Assembly: GCA_947470185.1 (NCBI GenBank)
Contig: CANIRZ010000001.1
Coordinates: forward strand, 94,013 to 158,012
From: Sphingomonadales bacterium
GTDB taxonomy: Bacteria > Pseudomonadota > Alphaproteobacteria > Sphingomonadales > Sphingomonadaceae
Length of the DNA stretch: 64,000 nucleotides
Reading direction: 5' to 3'
A program made the position numbers and the translations under genes. Positions 63,688 to 64,000 of this stretch are shown piece by piece; the first letter of the stretch is position 1; every line of letters starts with the position of its first letter. The notes under the pieces are model-generated. The model had not been told where the DNA came from, did not search any database, and was given only the letters and a program-made list of their open reading frames with translations.

Positions 63688-63939
63688 CTAATTGCTCCTT
63701 GTCTTGGCGCGCTCGGCATCGCGCCGCGCCTTTGCGGCCTTCTGGCAGGCGGGTGATGTTTTTTTGATATTCTTGATTAGACAGGCGCGGACATTTTCGC
63801 GGTTAAACGTTCTCAATTCTGCGGAGCAATATTTAACGATGTCGGGCATGCACGCTTCGCGCACATTGTCTTGCGCCGACACGGGAACGGCAGAAAGCAG
63901 CAGGGCAGACGCCCCCAAAATGAGCACTATTCTTGGCAT
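63688..63939 (-). CDS. Small secreted cysteine-rich-repeat protein
   Basis: Signal peptide (VSA-Q), then AC-x-x-D-x-x-x-YC...ACL...SPAC, a typical Cys-rich repeat; GAGGG RBS before ATG 63939 (alternative start 63951). Confidence 0.7.
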   Translation of the reverse strand: MPRIVLILGASALLLSAVPVSAQDNVREACMPDIVKYCSAELRTFNRENVRACLIKNIKKTSPACQKAAKARRDAERAKTRSN

Positions 63940-63981
63940 CTTTACCCTCATTCTTCCCAGATAGCTTGGCGGAATGTTATT

Positions 63982-63998
63982 GGCATTAATTGTGCCAA
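63982..63998 (-). promoter_or_regulatory. Putative sigma54 (-24/-12) promoter
   Basis: Minus strand reads TTGGCACAATTAATGCC: TGGCAC-N5-ATGC with exact GG-N10-GC spacing, 30-45 bp upstream of the first gene of the run. Confidence 0.6.
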
Positions 63999-64000
63999 AA

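Overview
Alphaproteobacterial chromosome segment, most consistent with Sphingomonadaceae (inferred from gene order and protein features, not from a search). In order: a cysK gene truncated by the window start; two unknown membrane/periplasmic genes; a complete dcw cluster (mraZ-rsmH-ftsL-ftsI-murEF-mraY-murD-ftsW-murGCB-ddl-ftsQAZ); a TPR-SPOR protein; dgt; an NAD(P)-binding protein; a tandem glycine riboswitch with gcvT-H-PA-PB and a DUF938 methyltransferase; a TonB-CTD-like secreted protein; an acyl-CoA ligase; wecB-ugd; an RND pump pair; ahpC-ahpF; an ABC1 kinase; an S41 lipoprotein protease; an 8-gene acyl-CoA catabolic cluster; a POT transporter; betA coupled to an FAD oxidoreductase; a REP-rich region holding a low-GC orphan gene; and a sulfatase-containing minus-strand gene run with a sigma54-like promoter. 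No rRNA, tRNA, CRISPR array, transposase or integrase was seen. The two most interesting signals are (1) the 45.3-54.5 kb cluster, which joins adipyl-CoA-type beta-oxidation enzymes to Mcd-, Mct- and Meh/Ich-like enzymes and suggests a methyl-branched dicarboxylate to methylsuccinyl-CoA to citramalyl-CoA route, and (2) an orphan secreted-protein gene bracketed by 48-bp direct repeats that belong to REP/REPIN-like elements (59.3-60.4 kb). Family assignments come from recognised motifs and recalled similarity; no alignments were run.
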